64,000 nucleotides of DNA. It comes from Ophelia neglecta (Eukaryota). This document shows positions 38,780-52,809 of this stretch, one piece after another. Every line of letters begins with the position of its first letter. The first letter of the stretch is position 1. The stretch spans positions 90,458,001 to 90,522,000 of the forward strand of contig OZ260662.1 in the NCBI GenBank assembly GCA_965285935.1, written 5' to 3'. The notes under the pieces are model-generated. The model did not search any database. It saw only the letters and a list, made by a program, of their open reading frames with translations, and was not told the DNA's origin. The position numbers and the translations under genes were made by a program.

Positions 38780-41040
38780 TATATTTTATATTATATTTAT
38801 ACTTAATGGTATGGTAAATGGCATAATCATCATTTGCAGGCGTCATATGGTTTATCTTCCAGTGAAATGGGCCGTCAAAACGCCAATAGTGACATTGGAA
38901 TCATTATTATGTTACATAAACCGAAAAACATTCGGTTACATTTATAATTGGTACCATCTACAATTGTATCAATAAAAGACACTATAAATATTGGGAGTGT
39001 AATGCACTTCTACAATCAAAAACTGTTGCCTGGACTAGCCAACCTGTGTGGCAACTGTGTTTTTCTGGTATACATTTAAAATGCATTAGCATAATTTAGT
39101 TGGCTTAAGGGCAGCAATGGCTGGTCTTGGTCTAGCTAATACTTAGACAGGAATGGTTACAATGCCTTATATAACAAAATTAAATCACTTTCTTTGGGCG
39201 TTATTTTACTCGCACAACAACTTAATTCTTAAGTTTGTATATCGACGTCCACAATATAGACGTGACTAATATATATTTCTAAATCTCATTATATGATTGG
39301 CGGTCAGAAAAAATAAACTTTTCAAGTCAAGTGGTGTACAATACGGCAAATGCCACTTAGTATAGGCGCTGCCAGGTGGAGCCAAAATATCAAACCCTTT
39401 TTATATATGTTTCTTTGTTTTACAGGTCTTTTGTGCGACTTTTGTGCGACTTTGATTTTTTTGAATATCTTGCTTGTTCCTCGTAAACTGTAAAACTCAA
39501 TGCATTATTCCCCATAGAAATGACTAAATTTTCTTTTGGAAGTATAGTTCGCTCCATTAGATAAGGTTAGTAGGGGAGCTACAACATTACTTTAGGACTT
39601 ATTTTCTTTGTTCAAGTTTATAAAAAGGCGCTATTTTATTTGTTACCAACCTAAGGCCACGGATTTTTAATCACTTACCTACTTATTTATGCACCTAGAA
39701 GGAGCCTTTATGACATAACTTAGAAACTGGCAGAACTTGTTTTAATTTTATGGAGGGATACCATTCTCATTATACAACGTTGATATCGGTGTGACGCAGA
39801 AGAAAAATAACTGAAGGAAATAATTGGCCAAGAGCCCGGGACAATAGTATTTCTAATTATTATGCAATTAACCTATTTATCCTGTGAAAAACGACATTTA
39901 AAATAATGACGGCAATGAACATGCAAGTCATTCCCGCGTGTATATCTATTTTCAATAACACTTATAAATCAATTTGATATTCCTATTATTTGTTTACCGG
40001 GTTCTTTAGAATACACTTTCTTGTCTCCTGTGTGCAGCTGTAATTGATAAAATAACCAGAGACACATTTCACCCATATTCCTTTCTCGGGTCATTGAATT
40101 TGTTTTATAACCATGGCTTACTCTAACCTTTTAGCGTTTTTACAATATCAAAAGAGGTCTTGAGACATGTTGGTAGTTTTTCTCTTCTTATGTCGGTTTA
40201 CATGCACACATGTTTCATACTGATGGTCGAATTTGTAGATATTTTCAGAACTTTAATATGTGAGCCGAGTATTATTAAGAATGCCAGTGGCACTATTCAG
40301 GTAACTCGAGTATAAACGCTCAACTGTGTTTTCTTTTCCACAAAAGCCAAACTGACGGTAAACTAGAATAGATTCAAAACCACGTCGATATCAACTATCA
40401 AATGTGCCTTTTGACAAACTTTTTGATAACAAGGTGTGATACTAATTTTTTTTTATTTATTAACGCGCATTTATCAATACAAATGACACTTGACAACCCA
40501 ACAAATAGCAACCCCTTTGCCCGACTGGTTCCAACAGAGACCACAAGGATCGATTAGTCTCGCTCCTGGCGAGAATCACGATCACTTAATTAACTCAGGC
40601 GTGTGCACGTGCTTTTTTAGGTCATGGTGTTTTTCCACTTGTGACTTTACTTGATTTCAGCAAATAATATCTTAACCAATTTTTGGCTCCCCGTAACATC
40701 ATCGACTACGTATAATCAGACCCATTATAGAGGGAATACTGGCAAACCTGATACCAGATAACAGATACAAGATTCCTGGATATTACTAAAAGGGAAATAG
40801 GTTTCAACAAATGAAAGGATAAATCACATTCCAAAGTCTTTTGTGAATTATACTGCGCGTGTGATCAATTTAAAATGGTTACAAGCTGTATTCTATGGTG
40901 AGAGAGAAGGAATGAAAATACCAAATGTTATGGATTACGTAAAAGCAGACAAGGTAATTACTACAAGTTTTTGTCGTTCAGTGAAGGCGTTTATATCAGA
41001 CAGAGAAAAGGTACTTCGTAGGCACTTTGACATTGTTTCA
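38780..41040 (-). mobile_element. CR1-group LINE ORF2 remnant (linker, RT, C-terminus), possibly interrupted near 39.3-39.6 kb
   Basis: FSLSDINAF, NTACNHF, LKIS / IRP, KNYQHVS (~KNYRPVS), CASKI..LLYKAL, LSQLNYANA, FM*HNN. A CCAT-type tail lies on the minus strand at ~38805-38822. Confidence 0.45.
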
Positions 41041-41424
41041 GTTGACCAAATAACATATAATGTTGAATTTATTTACAAAGCGTATTTTTATTATTATTGT
41101 TTTTGTATCTTGTTCTTGATGCCTTCGGATTGACTTAATGATTTTTTCATAATTAAACATCGTGCTTTGTCAAAAATTAATAATTCACTACCAGACCCCA
41201 CACGCCCTTCCTCCCATGTGTCGATTCAATGAAATGAATTTTCGATAGCACACATACCCATAGGTGGAATGGGGCACCTATCCGCGGCCGCATGCAACAA
41301 TATATCTAGAAATATTTATATTTTTAATTTAGTCAGTGTCAATAATCATGTCTATGTTATTGTCAACAATTGCCGAAAGAACAACATTTTCATTTTCTGA
41401 CTAACGTTATACATTCTTTACATG

Positions 41425-41484
41425 TTTTATTACTGCTAACCTCCAGGCCCAGAATTTTATTACTGCTAACCTCCAAGCCCAGAA
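41425..41484. repeat. 30-bp tandem duplication
   Basis: TTTTATTACTGCTAACCTCCA(G/A)GCCCAGAA twice, with 1 mismatch. Confidence 0.9.
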
Positions 41485-41699
41485 GGCAGTCGGCATGAGT
41501 CTCGTAAATATAGGACAAAAAATTAAATAAAAACCGTACGCAGAGCAATTATAACTATGCACTATTCAACTATTCATCCCCGAAAGACCATAGTTTTAGA
41601 TTCATTGCGTGATGTTTGTACTCGGTTGGTGTTCAAATTTCGTCTAATATCTATGCATAATGTAGTTGCGTATCTTATATTTCGTATCTCGTATATGGT

Positions 41700-41960
41700 A
41701 TCCTGCTATCAGGACATACAGCGTGTCATCGAAAAAAGAAAAGGCGAATGGTATATCATAGTCACTTTCTTTGAAACAACCGTGATTCTACTCTACAAAA
41801 CATTGCAGACTGTCGACCCACTTTCCTTGATTTCTTCAGCTGTTTTATCAAATAATGCCTTGTTATTTGAATGTAAATGATTCCAATACTACTTTACAAT
41901 AACTTTTGGTGCTTCAAGCGTTGGGCATTTTTTCATTCCCAAAATAGGATTGCCATTTGG
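41700..41960 (-). mobile_element. CR1-group RT fragment
   Basis: NPI..CPTLE, HLHSNN, GSTVCNVL (~RPI..CKTLE..HLxxNNL..STVTNLL). Confidence 0.35.
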
Positions 41961-42839
41961 CGCTCTCCGGAAAATTATAAAAAATCTAGATTTTTTTTCG
42001 GAAATTCGTGAATGGAAAGGAAGATTTCTACGCTGCGTTGATTATTAACAAAATTGTCTTATAACAATTTCTTATTCAAATATACATTTTCTTACCATAA
42101 AAAAGGAATATTAGCATAGACCGTAAATAATGTTTGACACTTCTAATGCAAAAAGGGGAAAATATTCCAAAATGATATTGAGTATTCTAATGTAACCTTA
42201 AGTCGGTTCACCATTCCAAGATAATTCACAGCTGGCTGACAGTGATACATTGCTGTTAGGTAATATGTAGTCTTCTCTAGCACTCATCAATTGTGCTGTA
42301 TCAGAGTTCAGGGACACTACTCAATCATCCGTTAAGTGGAAATGTCTTTCTGAGTTATTCTTATAAAATACACAGTATTTTAAGCAGCTAATTTAGTTTT
42401 AAGTTATATTAGAACCTTAGAATTTCGAGTGGGTAATACGACTACTCGCCGTGAAAATGGACCATAGTACACCCCAAATGACAAATATATCATTACCAAG
42501 CCATATTAAGTAGGCCAGCGGTTACCCCCATATTCCTAGACATCGTAAAATGGGATCATATCAAATACTTACTTATGAAGCCACAGTCAAATGGCGTTTT
42601 GTAAGAAATAGGCGAAACATCATTTGAGTATAATCATCTATATGTCCCATGACAATATTCAATTCCATTAGTAGTTATACAATTGTATTTGCATGATTTA
42701 TAAGTAAGGATATTGCACATTGTTCCGGAGAAATTTAAAGTTGCCTTTTCCTTTGAATTATGATATCAAGCCCATGATCAACGTATCCAGACATTGAAAA
42801 AATAGGAGATAATTCAAAATGTAGTTTTTACTCCCGATA

Positions 42840-43300
42840 GGTAATGAAGGGAAAGAATGTGGCGGCGGTATTTAATACCTGTTGAAACATGGATATAAAC
42901 AGTTAAAATCAGCATCCATATGGGTACCTGTTCACTCAGCAACATTAACGTCTACCAATTTTAGGGAATTAAGTCTGCTTAGTACCAGATCCCTCTGTAA
43001 TGCACGGTTTCATTGCCGATTTGTCAACCAATGGCCTACATATCGAAAAAGTAATGGTTTAGATGACATTTATTATTCGGATTTGCGTGACAAATGCAGG
43101 CCATTAGGCATTTGCCGGGAATCGTTTGGGATCTGGCTCAGACAACAAGCTAACGTCTGCAACGGATGACAGGTTGCATATTCATCTCAGTTTAGCCCAG
43201 ATCAGTCAATACCAATCAATGTGAAATGACGCCAATTGAATTTTCAACAAGACTGTCGGGCTAATCCGCCGCCCTATTGACACACTGTTGATAGCATTCT
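42840..43300 (-). mobile_element. CR1/L2-group RT remnant
   Basis: SIGRRISPTVLLK (~SxGPDGISPRLLK), FRYVGHWL, LKLVD..MD, LFISMFQQVLNT / RHIL (~LFIDFxKAFDT..HxIL). Confidence 0.5.
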
Positions 43301-44119
43301 ACAGCAATAATATTATTTCTAGTTGTGTGTTGAAAAAGGAACTCAATATGTCGATAAAAATGATATGTGAGTTGCCAAGAGAGATTATTTTGTCGTATTT
43401 CTTTAGTTTTGGTCTGTACATCTCACAATATCTGGGAGAGAGATTTTCCAGTGATTTACAGCATCGGGACAGTAAAAATCACATTTTATTAACATATTAT
43501 GTTGAGTGTAAACAACATGTTTTCCGACAGTCTTACACTGAATAGCCGTTGCCGTTGGGTTTATGAAAGGAATTATTTGTTATTTGCTAAGAGAAACCTT
43601 GTACTGAGGAAGGAAATTGGACGGCGACAGTGGACTAAACTGTATTTCCCTTGGCACTGTATTTGGATCCAGTGGTCTACATATTATGCATTAGGTTATT
43701 TTGGACGACTTATGCACTGCCTTGATTTTCTATGGCCCCTAGCCAACGAATTTTTTACTTATTGGTCAAACAAGCAATTATGTATGATCTTTAAGAGGAC
43801 TTGTTTTCAATCGTAAGATATTTATATCTAGATCGCTAACCCGATCATCATATAGCGCATTGATACAGGTCATATAAGCTTAATAATAAAGTTGTAAGTC
43901 ATCTTAAGTGTAGAGCACGAGACCAAAGCTTTGTCTTTCTTGAATCAAAGTACTCAAATAACAGACCGGCAGAGGGGTTTTGAAGCTGCGGTCAGTTTGG
44001 GACTAAACAAAAGGCTAATTTCAACATTTAATATTGTCAGTCATTAGTAGGTATAGCTGAATTGGGTGAAAATGGTGGAGCGACATTTTCCAAGCCAAGT
44101 AGGTGAAACAACCATTTGT

Positions 44120-44460
44120 AAGATGACTGTTGTCATATGGTGCATAGCATGAAATGGCAACTTTTACCATGAAAATTAGTAAATTCTACCTGAATTTTCA
44201 ACGCGATTTGCTAAATGCCTGGATAATTGAGCAACGATGTTTTTAAGAAATACATATACAAACCTTGATGACTTGTGGAATCCCTTTTCAGATTCCATCA
44301 GGCTTAAGCAGAATCAATGCACGATCGAAAACCTACTTTGGAATGCTTATGTTTAGCTTGTAGGTGCCCTTCTTTTAACACCTACGCAATAAAAAATTGT
44401 AATGACTTTGAGTGATATGTTTCACTAATCATAAAGCTTTGGGAAATCTGTATCTGTATT
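44120..44460 (-). mobile_element. CR1-group RT core remnant
   Basis: TDF / PKA / YD (~DFSKAFD), VGVK, GIPQ (~44280), CHFML / CYAPYD (~YADD). Confidence 0.5.
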
Positions 44461-45179
44461 TATAATGATACTGTTAGCGCCTTGCTGGTTTCCCTATGAG
44501 ACCGCTGAGTACCCCATAGATAGTTCTAGGGCATATTTCATTTCTTCCTTACATTCACCAATGACTCGTTTGTTTTGTTCTATGGCTCGCACCATGGAAG
44601 TACTTCCTCACTGTAAGTGATGTCATTTTTTAAAATTATTTTGATAGAAACTAATATACAGTAAAGGACCTCTAGATTGATGTGTATGGGTCTGCAGCTG
44701 TTAATAATGATTTTGCATTGTCTGCCGGACACTCACCCCCTTTTTATATAATGACACCAGTTTACAACCCAGCAACAGTCGGTGTGCTTTTCACGTGAGA
44801 ACTCATGTTCTACGTTTGAAAAACGTATGGAATAGGTTACACAACTTTTGAATATATTGAATATTGAATAGGTGTTGAAAAGCAATGAAGATTTTCTGAC
44901 AATATTTTACGCGTTAGGTGTGGGGACTTTGAGCGACGATTAATTTGAAATAATAATCCTGGCATTGCACGTTATCAGCAAAAGTAGGCCATGTTGTCAA
45001 ATGAATTATATGATGTTTACTTACGGTAATTGACCTATCGAACAGTATCAGCTCAAGGTTTGTTTTGACAATATTTCGTCATACATCAGATCTTGTACTT
45101 TCTTGATATCGACGCCAGGCATATAGTTTTATAAATTGAATGTGAAGCCAGCCATGAACCTTTTTCGTTTGACTGCGGT

Positions 45180-45650
45180 GTATCACAAAACATTGGACAC
45201 AGCAATGCTTTGAAGTTTTCTATATAATGTGACTGCTTGAATAAACTCATCCATTTGTAAATCATAAAATCAACATTGTAAATCAATTAAACCACAGGAA
45301 ATATTTTAAAGCCGATTACTAAGATATGTTTCAGAGACTTTGTTTTCTTAGGCCAGCTGTGAATCAAAGTGTTTTATTTGATGTATACGGACTCACCGAT
45401 AAGTTCAAAACCTACTTAATCAACGAAATGTTTTACTACTTGGTATTCAATCCAAATTTTCCATTTTCGGATAATGCGCAAAACGCTCAAATGTGCCTAA
45501 CGGGTTGTAAAATTGATATCTCTTCTGAATAAACTCATAATGACTTAGTTTTTTTCTTCAAATAACTACATATTTGATAGAAATGATAGAGAAATTTTTA
45601 TATCAGAGACAATATCGGCAGGTCAATACGGTATAATTAGTAAGTAAGCG
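45180..45650 (-). mobile_element. LINE RT C-terminal remnant
   Basis: LLI / IDLP, RDIN, KWK / LNTK, FDSQLA*EN (~FDSKLSWEN), FKALLCP. Confidence 0.45.
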
Positions 45651-46699
45651 TTTAAGTCAGCAATTACTGGCTCTTTATGGCTCATTAGTTGCGAGATTCA
45701 AGGATGGGTTTTATGATATTATTCGCTTTAGCAGATTGCTTTTCTTGCATGCACTCTTTAGAACAAATATGGTAAAGAAAGATTAGTCATGGCACATATT
45801 GAATTTAATGCAAAATAGTAGCTCACAAACATCGTGCATGTCGTTGTTATGCATTGTGTGGCATAATGTCTCCTCATGCAGACATCAAGACAAATACGCC
45901 TTAAATTGCCAAAGGGTATTTAATAATTTCTGAATGCAGGAAGTAATTTAAAAACTTATATAGGTTTTGCTAATAATTCCGCCCATTTCTAAAATAAATG
46001 CTGTAACAAATAATAAAAGAAACCTTAACGACAATAGTGTGTCATTACACTTGCTTCAGCATAAGTTAATTCACAATCATACGACAATAGCACATTCAAA
46101 ATGGCGTTGTTGGCTTTCACTAGTCCTATAAGACGAAATCGTATAATGACTTGCTATTTTTGATTATTTCAATATTTTCACCATTGCGCACCTTCTGCGA
46201 CTTAACATATAATATATATCATGTTCTTGCTATATTTAATTGGACTAAAATATGCGCTTACTATTTTTGAGTTATAGTTGATGGTGTTCAAGGAATGGCG
46301 TTATTACAATTGCCCATCTGGCAAATGGGTAGGTCGTATGACTCGGCTTTAAATTCTCACTACTAAAGACTATTACTTAGATAATATACTCGTATCACTT
46401 GGTGACGCCCATAAAATATGCCTAGTTATATGGTCTTATGACCACTTATTATATTTAATAGATATTGTACTGTCTTCGATGGGTCGCTCTACAACTAGCT
46501 CTCCCTAGTGCAGACTGAAAAAACACATAACACATAACGTAATGTCAATGAGAGGCGGGCAAAACGTCATCGGAAATGTCAAGACCATCTACAGTGTATG
46601 TATTGCTGAGCAGAGAATCTCAATAGTGTTTGCGATAATTTCCCGACAAAGGGATGGGGAAGCCCAATCAATTGTGGTAAAGATGTACAAAGCTTGTAA

Positions 46700-47330
46700 A
46701 CGTCACATGGAGAAATCACAAGAAATAGGCAAAAAAAAGGGAATGTTTGTCGTGAATTGCTTGGCGTTTTGGGTAGTGGGTTAATTAAAGTCTCCCGAAA
46801 ACTCCCAATTTTCCCGCTAAGCAAACGGTCTATAACTAGTCATTTTGTTGATGAATTCACAGTATATTTGTGAAGTTCATCTCATAGAATCTTAGCTAGG
46901 AAGGCTTCATGAACAACCCGGCAATTGTTCTTTTATCAACTGTGTTTACAGCTGATACCGTATTTTGGGTATATTGTGCACAATAACTCTTGTAATGACA
47001 TTTCGCGGTTATTTTCAATCTCTATTTTCTCGCACACGTATGCAAGCCTTTTGAGGAGTTGATTATGATAAACTCTCCTCCCGTAGCTTCATTGCTCACA
47101 CCACGACAAGTGTTTGTTGAAGACGCTAGGGTAGGGTGTATCCTCGGGAACTTTCAAATACTATTTTACCAGCATATAGTTGGTCCAATCTTACATATTT
47201 ACATTCCAGTCCCATATTCACCTACCTGGAAAGTTGGTTCCAGGTTATACATTCACATGTGGAAAAATCGAAGCCAGGAATATGTTTTGGGTGTTATGAC
47301 GTATCGCCCACCGCTCCTTGGATGTGCCTC
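46700..47330 (-). mobile_element. Penelope-like (Neptune-type) RT remnant
   Basis: PRSGGRYVITPKT (~PRAGRFYLLPKI), PGR*I (~PGRPI), SY.R..LLKRL, NIPK / YGISC (~NIPHxEGIxAC), GSFRETLINP. Confidence 0.6.
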
Positions 47331-47699
47331 ATAAAACCAGCGCGGCATTCGCGAAAGACCGACCTATCAATAACAATAAAAACTATAGTAAAGACTATGT
47401 ATATGACCATTGGTTCCTTGCGCAATGTTACTCTGTTCTAATAAACAGAGTGAAAAGACTGGAGGGCAATATATTAGCTTCCATTTCAGGAACCTTCCCT
47501 GATTGTTGAGTCTGACATTTTCCGCTTAGCGATGTCAGAACTCGATTAGCCCTCTATGGAGCGCTGACCCAGTTTTCAGGCTATAAGCAGTCGCCTCAAT
47601 TTAATGAACAATGGTGAGCATTTGCGAGTTATATTTACATTGCTAAGGATGTGCTTTACTTTTTTTTAAACACTAAATCCTTGGTCTCCAGGGCAAAGA

Positions 47700-49020
47700 C
47701 GAGTAAGGCGTTATTGATTATATCAATTTTTGGCTCGCGATAAATTTACGAATTGCTCTCGTGATGCAAGCACTATCGTATATTTTAAACAATACACAAG
47801 AAGCAAGTAACCACTGCTGCTAAAACAAGTGGGTTTCTGTTTGTAGCCGGTATATCGACAGTGCCGTTTCTGTTTTACAAGGTTGGCGGCATAATATAAG
47901 ATGTTGACATTGAAGGTAGATGAGGGGGATCAGTATCATCTTTACGTATAGGACTGAGCTGTACTACTTTAAAGCTGATCCGATTAACATTAATATTGCA
48001 TGTCAGAGCGGGTGGACCGTCAAAAACATTTGATCGAAACTTACACGGAGACGAAAAGCATTTAACCATTATGAATGAATATTTCCGCTGAAAAATGCAA
48101 CGATCCACACATATTTCCGCTTTAATTAATGACAAACAATAGATTATGGCTGTCTTTTTAAAGATTCAGGTCATACTGATAATAGATATATCATAGTCGG
48201 GCTTATTTATAAATGCTCAGATGGTACATTCTGTGGCACATATACAATGAATAAAATGCAACTTGTCTCATAAGTGTTCAATGTAAAGGCTTCATCCGTG
48301 AATACGTGGTTGCTTTGTAATATCGTTTAATGTATAGGAGCATTTTAAAAAGACAGCGGGTGGATACTCGACAGATAAAGCAAAAATATATTAATAAATT
48401 CAATTCGTAATCATCAAGAAACACCAATCGAAAAAAAAGGCATTTCCCGTCTCCTCAACTGTACTAACTTGTAATTAATGACAAAAAGCAAAACAAGATA
48501 ATACTTGCACTAAGAAGTGATAAAAGTTTTCCATGGAGTGATTCATAGCGCAAAAAGGGCAACTAAGTGGCCAACGATGGCCTCACATATCATAAGCCCT
48601 AGGCGGATGTATGATGGACATCGCTCATAATTGTGAGGCTGCATATGTATTTGTCTCATAAAAGCAAGACAGGAGAAAGATGTAAAAGGTCTCCGCATAC
48701 GAACGAGGAACACCTATTAGATCTTCTTGGTAGTGCAATGAAAAGTTAACTACGTAAAGTGGACCAGTCTGAAAGGAAACCCTGTCAGCGCTCTCAGACA
48801 CATTTGCATAATGAAAGCAATAAATAAATTCAAATAGTGTATTTGCATTATGTATGATCAAGACCACATAGTGTGCATCGGAAAGCGGGTTCACATCACA
48901 AATGGACCGGTAGATGTTTATCCGGAACGGTAGCTACATTATTCATTGCAGGCGTGTTTATGAATATGTATGTGCGGAAAGGGCAACCATAAGTTAGCAT
49001 TAACATATTAATACACCATT
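47700..49020 (-). mobile_element. CR1-group LINE APE C-terminus, linker and RT start
   Basis: LTYG..FINTP..ATVPDK, LSDAHYVV (~LSDHY), YAETF..CFYE, FKVVQLSPIRKD (~WKxAxVxPIxKK), PTL, EQF. Confidence 0.5.
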
Positions 49021-50279
49021 ACAAAACACTGTAAATAACATACAGAATGCACGCGTTACCAAATGCAGATGATGTCGATATCATATACGGTCATTTTGTT
49101 TCCCTAGTAGTGCAAGAAAAGTACATAGTTTCTCACTTGCCTCTATGTTCTTATTTAATACTGATTAATCCTAATATGATCTAGAACTAGTGAAATAACT
49201 TACAATGATTACACAACGAGTTGTGATCATAACAGATAGACAACAAAACAAATTAGTCAGTGGTCAATAAAGGGCGAATGTGAAATCATTATGAACAGGA
49301 TATTAGAACTTAACTCTCTCATATGTGTGAGATGCGGTTATACTTCTCCATAGACACTTGACAAAAGAGATTAGGAGATATCACTGCAATTGTAAAGGGA
49401 ACTATCTTCGAAAAAGCAATGCCGTAGTTGAAAAAGTGACGATTCAAAGCCTCAAGTAAAATCCGATTTTTTTTAAAGGGAGGTGATACCCGACAGAATT
49501 GTTCTCTTCAAACAATTGTTACCAGTACAAATAAATCAGATACAGCCAGAATAGCTTAAATATATGTGTTCACTTCTTTATTGTTAATAAAACGCTACAG
49601 CTACGCCCTTACTTTATTTCCTGTTTTGTTCTATTCTACTCGCCTAAATAGCTGCCGGCCTCATTTCAACTTCCCGGTGATCAACACAGCAGAAAACTAA
49701 TGAAAGGCGGCCATCACAACATCTGTCACTACCCAAATATCTGGTTAATATCAAGCTAAGTCCAGCTGTCTGATTGTAATACTCCTGTTGTCAAGAGAAT
49801 AAGAAATCAGCTAAGGGAGTTGAAGAACCGGACATTTTCCCGGTAAAATAATTTCCTACGAGTTATCATTCCACTAGCCATATCTGTGTCTGTCACGTTC
49901 TTTTGTACATCACATAATTGATGACCTTACACAAAATTTACGCATCTTAGCTTTTTATAATAGTTGTTCCAATCTTCATTCATTTCATTGTGAGCGTCAT
50001 TGACCAAGCTGCGTTATAATCAGAAAGTTGATGGAATTTGGATTGAAGCACGCACACATTGGTGCTTTATCTCCAGAGCACAAATCTTCATTTTTTAATC
50101 CTAAAACGGCCTAGACTCAACTCGAGCGGTACACCATTAAATACTGTGAAATGAAAAGAGTATGTTAAGTAACGGCGTTATATATTGTTTTTAAATGGTG
50201 CCTCAAATAATGGTTATCCGTTTGGTCAAGATGGAACTGTATTTTCATTTAAAATAATATGTAAATATATATTAAATGA

Positions 50280-51355
50280 TTTGTCTTATGCCCAGAAGCA
50301 GTATATTGGGAGACATGTGACACTTTTTAGTTGAAGGAGGATATTTTGAGGGACTGCCTTTTATCACCGGCCTGGCTAAATCACTGTTTTGAATCACCTT
50401 AAACATATGTGTTTTGGCTTGCAGGCACTTTTACACCTAGTGAGTCAAACTGCTTCAAATTGAGTCGACGTTCAACGTGGGACAAAGCTGCAAAATATAC
50501 CTATCAATTAGAGAGTAAGTATCAAAAGAGAGTAAGATACCAATAAATGATACACGATAATAGGAAAAAAATAGATTAGAAATCTTTTATTTTAAATACA
50601 CAAAGCTGAAGAAAAATGTATATTGTTCTTTTTGTTGGGTGAATACATTTAACAAATGCAGCTGCCCGTGACTATGGATTCTTATATTTTAGCATATATG
50701 TTTGTGTGTGATTATTGAAAAATAATCAAGGAATAATTCAAATAACAAAAAGAACAATGTACATATGCCTTCAGAACAAGTAACTTGCAATGCTACTAAG
50801 ACACATACATTATTTTAATCGCAAGAAAATAAAGAAAAGACATACATATGACATTCACAAATACTGACAGAGCCCAGTAAAACACTGGGTCCACCTGCAA
50901 TAGTCGCAACAGCTCGAAACTATAAATAGTTTGCAGGTATTTTGAGGAGATATAGTAATAGGGCTTGACAATCACTTTTACCTAAGAGGTTCAGATAGAG
51001 AAAATGAAGCTCAGTTTGGATCCAAAGACCGCAGATGCACGGGCGATTTTCCCGAGCTGCCCGGGACCGGCGACCTATCTCGTTTCTCAATCCATGTGAA
51101 CTATCGCCGATGTGGGTAAAGGACTAAAGAACGAGATCCTCTAGAAGAGAAATTGATGAAGCAGGTAGCGACGTGTACGAAGCATCCTTGTCAAAGCCTG
51201 GGGTAAAGATCATGTAAGTAATCATTATGGTTTTTGACGTAGGAGTGCCATTAATGCGGTCCTATGAAACCTCGAGATTCGCGTCACAGAAGGGTCCTGC
51301 TCCCTGACAAGCAGATCTGCACAGTACACAGCCATGGGAGATTTACACGATCAAG
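50280..51355 (-). mobile_element. RTE-group LINE RT and C-terminal remnant, interrupted by the AT-rich IR element at ~50.6-50.8 kb
   Basis: LDRVN..WL, RINGT, G / *QGC..TCFINF (~GLRQGC..PTLFNIF), SAVFGSKLS, FDSLGV, P / ILLLG (~PILLYG). Confidence 0.5.
50606..50774. repeat. 31-bp inverted repeat pair (27/31 match) around a 107-bp spacer; possible MITE
   Basis: CTGAAGAAAAATGTATATTGTTCTTTTTGTT (50606-50636) matches the reverse complement of AACAAAAAGAACAATGTACATATGCCTTCAG (50744-50774). Confidence 0.6.
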
Positions 51356-51633
51356 GGATATCTAGCAATAAACAAATCAAACTTAATGATTGTATAATTA
51401 TATTAATTTCAAATCTTCTAGTTGTAATTATTCCGTCGTATATGCTGTGTTGGGTAAAGGGCCCTTGCCTGCGTAGGGGTAGATATACACGATGTTATTA
51501 GATAATATCTGATCCATTTTTTTATGTGTAGACGTTTTGACACATTTGATTACAAACAATTAAATACGAAATAGAGTTTTCGTTGCGTGGCAGCAACAAA
51601 ATTTGGTAGATAAGACAAGAGGGTACCTCTCTT

Positions 51634-52043
51634 AAAATCACCATTAGTTCAATACAATATTTCTGTTTAATATCAGCTAAATGAGTTTGTTATATGATGC
51701 AACCAAGTTGCGATTAAGTTACATAATGTGAAACAGTGGTCAATGAAGGGATACTGCTGACAAATGCGAACAAACAATTCAAATTAGGACACAGCCGCGG
51801 CCACACCCCTATAACATAGTGCGATGTTAGCGGCTACCAAAATCACCATTAGTTCAATACAATATTTCTGTTTAATATCAGCTAAATGAGTTTGTTATAT
51901 GATGCAACCAATTTGCGATCAAGTTTCATAATGTGAAACAGTGGTCAATGAAGGGATACTGCTGACAAATGCGAACAAACAATTCAAATTAGGACACAGG
52001 CGCGGCCACACCCCTATAACATAGAGCGATGTTAGCGGCTACC
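51634..52043. repeat. Recent 205-bp tandem duplication
   Basis: Copies at 51634-51838 and 51839-52043 (AAAATCACCATTAG...GTTAGCGGCTACC). About 5 substitutions counted by eye and no indels. Confidence 0.95.
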
Positions 52044-52809
52044 ACATTTCAACGTGGTGTTCAAATCAGTACTGTACTGTTTTTATATCGATACCTTGTG
52101 TTAATACCATATTGGTTGAAAAAAGATGAATACTTTCATGCAATAAATGAATAGTAAAGAAATTCAAATAAGTAATAAGAAACCTGTATTTCTTAGAGGT
52201 GCTATATCTCTTTTTTTTCCAGGAATGCTATCTATTTAAAACGAACTTCTGTGATTCATTGTTGTGAAAAAAGGTTCGAACGTCATGATTCAAACACAGT
52301 ACCAGCAGGAACCGTAATCAGTTACTGGGCTGTGGTTACACTCTACAACTCGTTTTCAGCCGCTTCCTGTCTCTTTGGTGAAACGATTGTGGAAACAAGT
52401 GCCACCGTTTAGACGATAAAAGACGTTTAAGCTATATAACCATTGCAAAATCACCAATATTTTCTATTCATGTATTGATTACAAGGAATGCTGGGGTTTT
52501 TAATCGCCTTGCCCCATCTAGTATTCTGCATAATGGTCCAGACTACTAATAGCTGCTCGCGTTTGTGTCTCAATGATGAGTTGTCTATGTAGAAGACTTG
52601 CCCCGTTTAACTTGGCGGGGAATGAGGCTATATTGGTTTGGGCACAGATGATTAATTAATGCATCTTATAAGTTAATGAGAATATAACGTTCAATTTATG
52701 AGTACCCTCTGAAGTCAAGAAACATCATACACTTAAAACTAATATGCATTTGCTCATCGAAGTCATAGGTGAAAGATGGAATCAGCTGTATATTACGGTT
52801 ATGTAAGTT

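Noticed and set aside
42711-42730. miR-92-like TATTGCAC start
   Set aside because: Only the seed matches and hairpin pairing is poor.
42882-43169. + strand APE N-terminus-like LLSTRSLCN
   Set aside because: It is an isolated motif, and the minus strand shows ordered CR1/L2 RT motifs here.
47059-47441. + strand APE-like reading (VLGVMTYRPP, LESWF)
   Set aside because: The minus strand gives a longer colinear Penelope RT motif chain over the same bases, so the + match is treated as chance. A profile search should confirm this, because it bears on the strand-bias claim.
51634-52043. CRISPR-like array
   Set aside because: The copies are directly adjacent with no unique spacers, and the context is eukaryotic.
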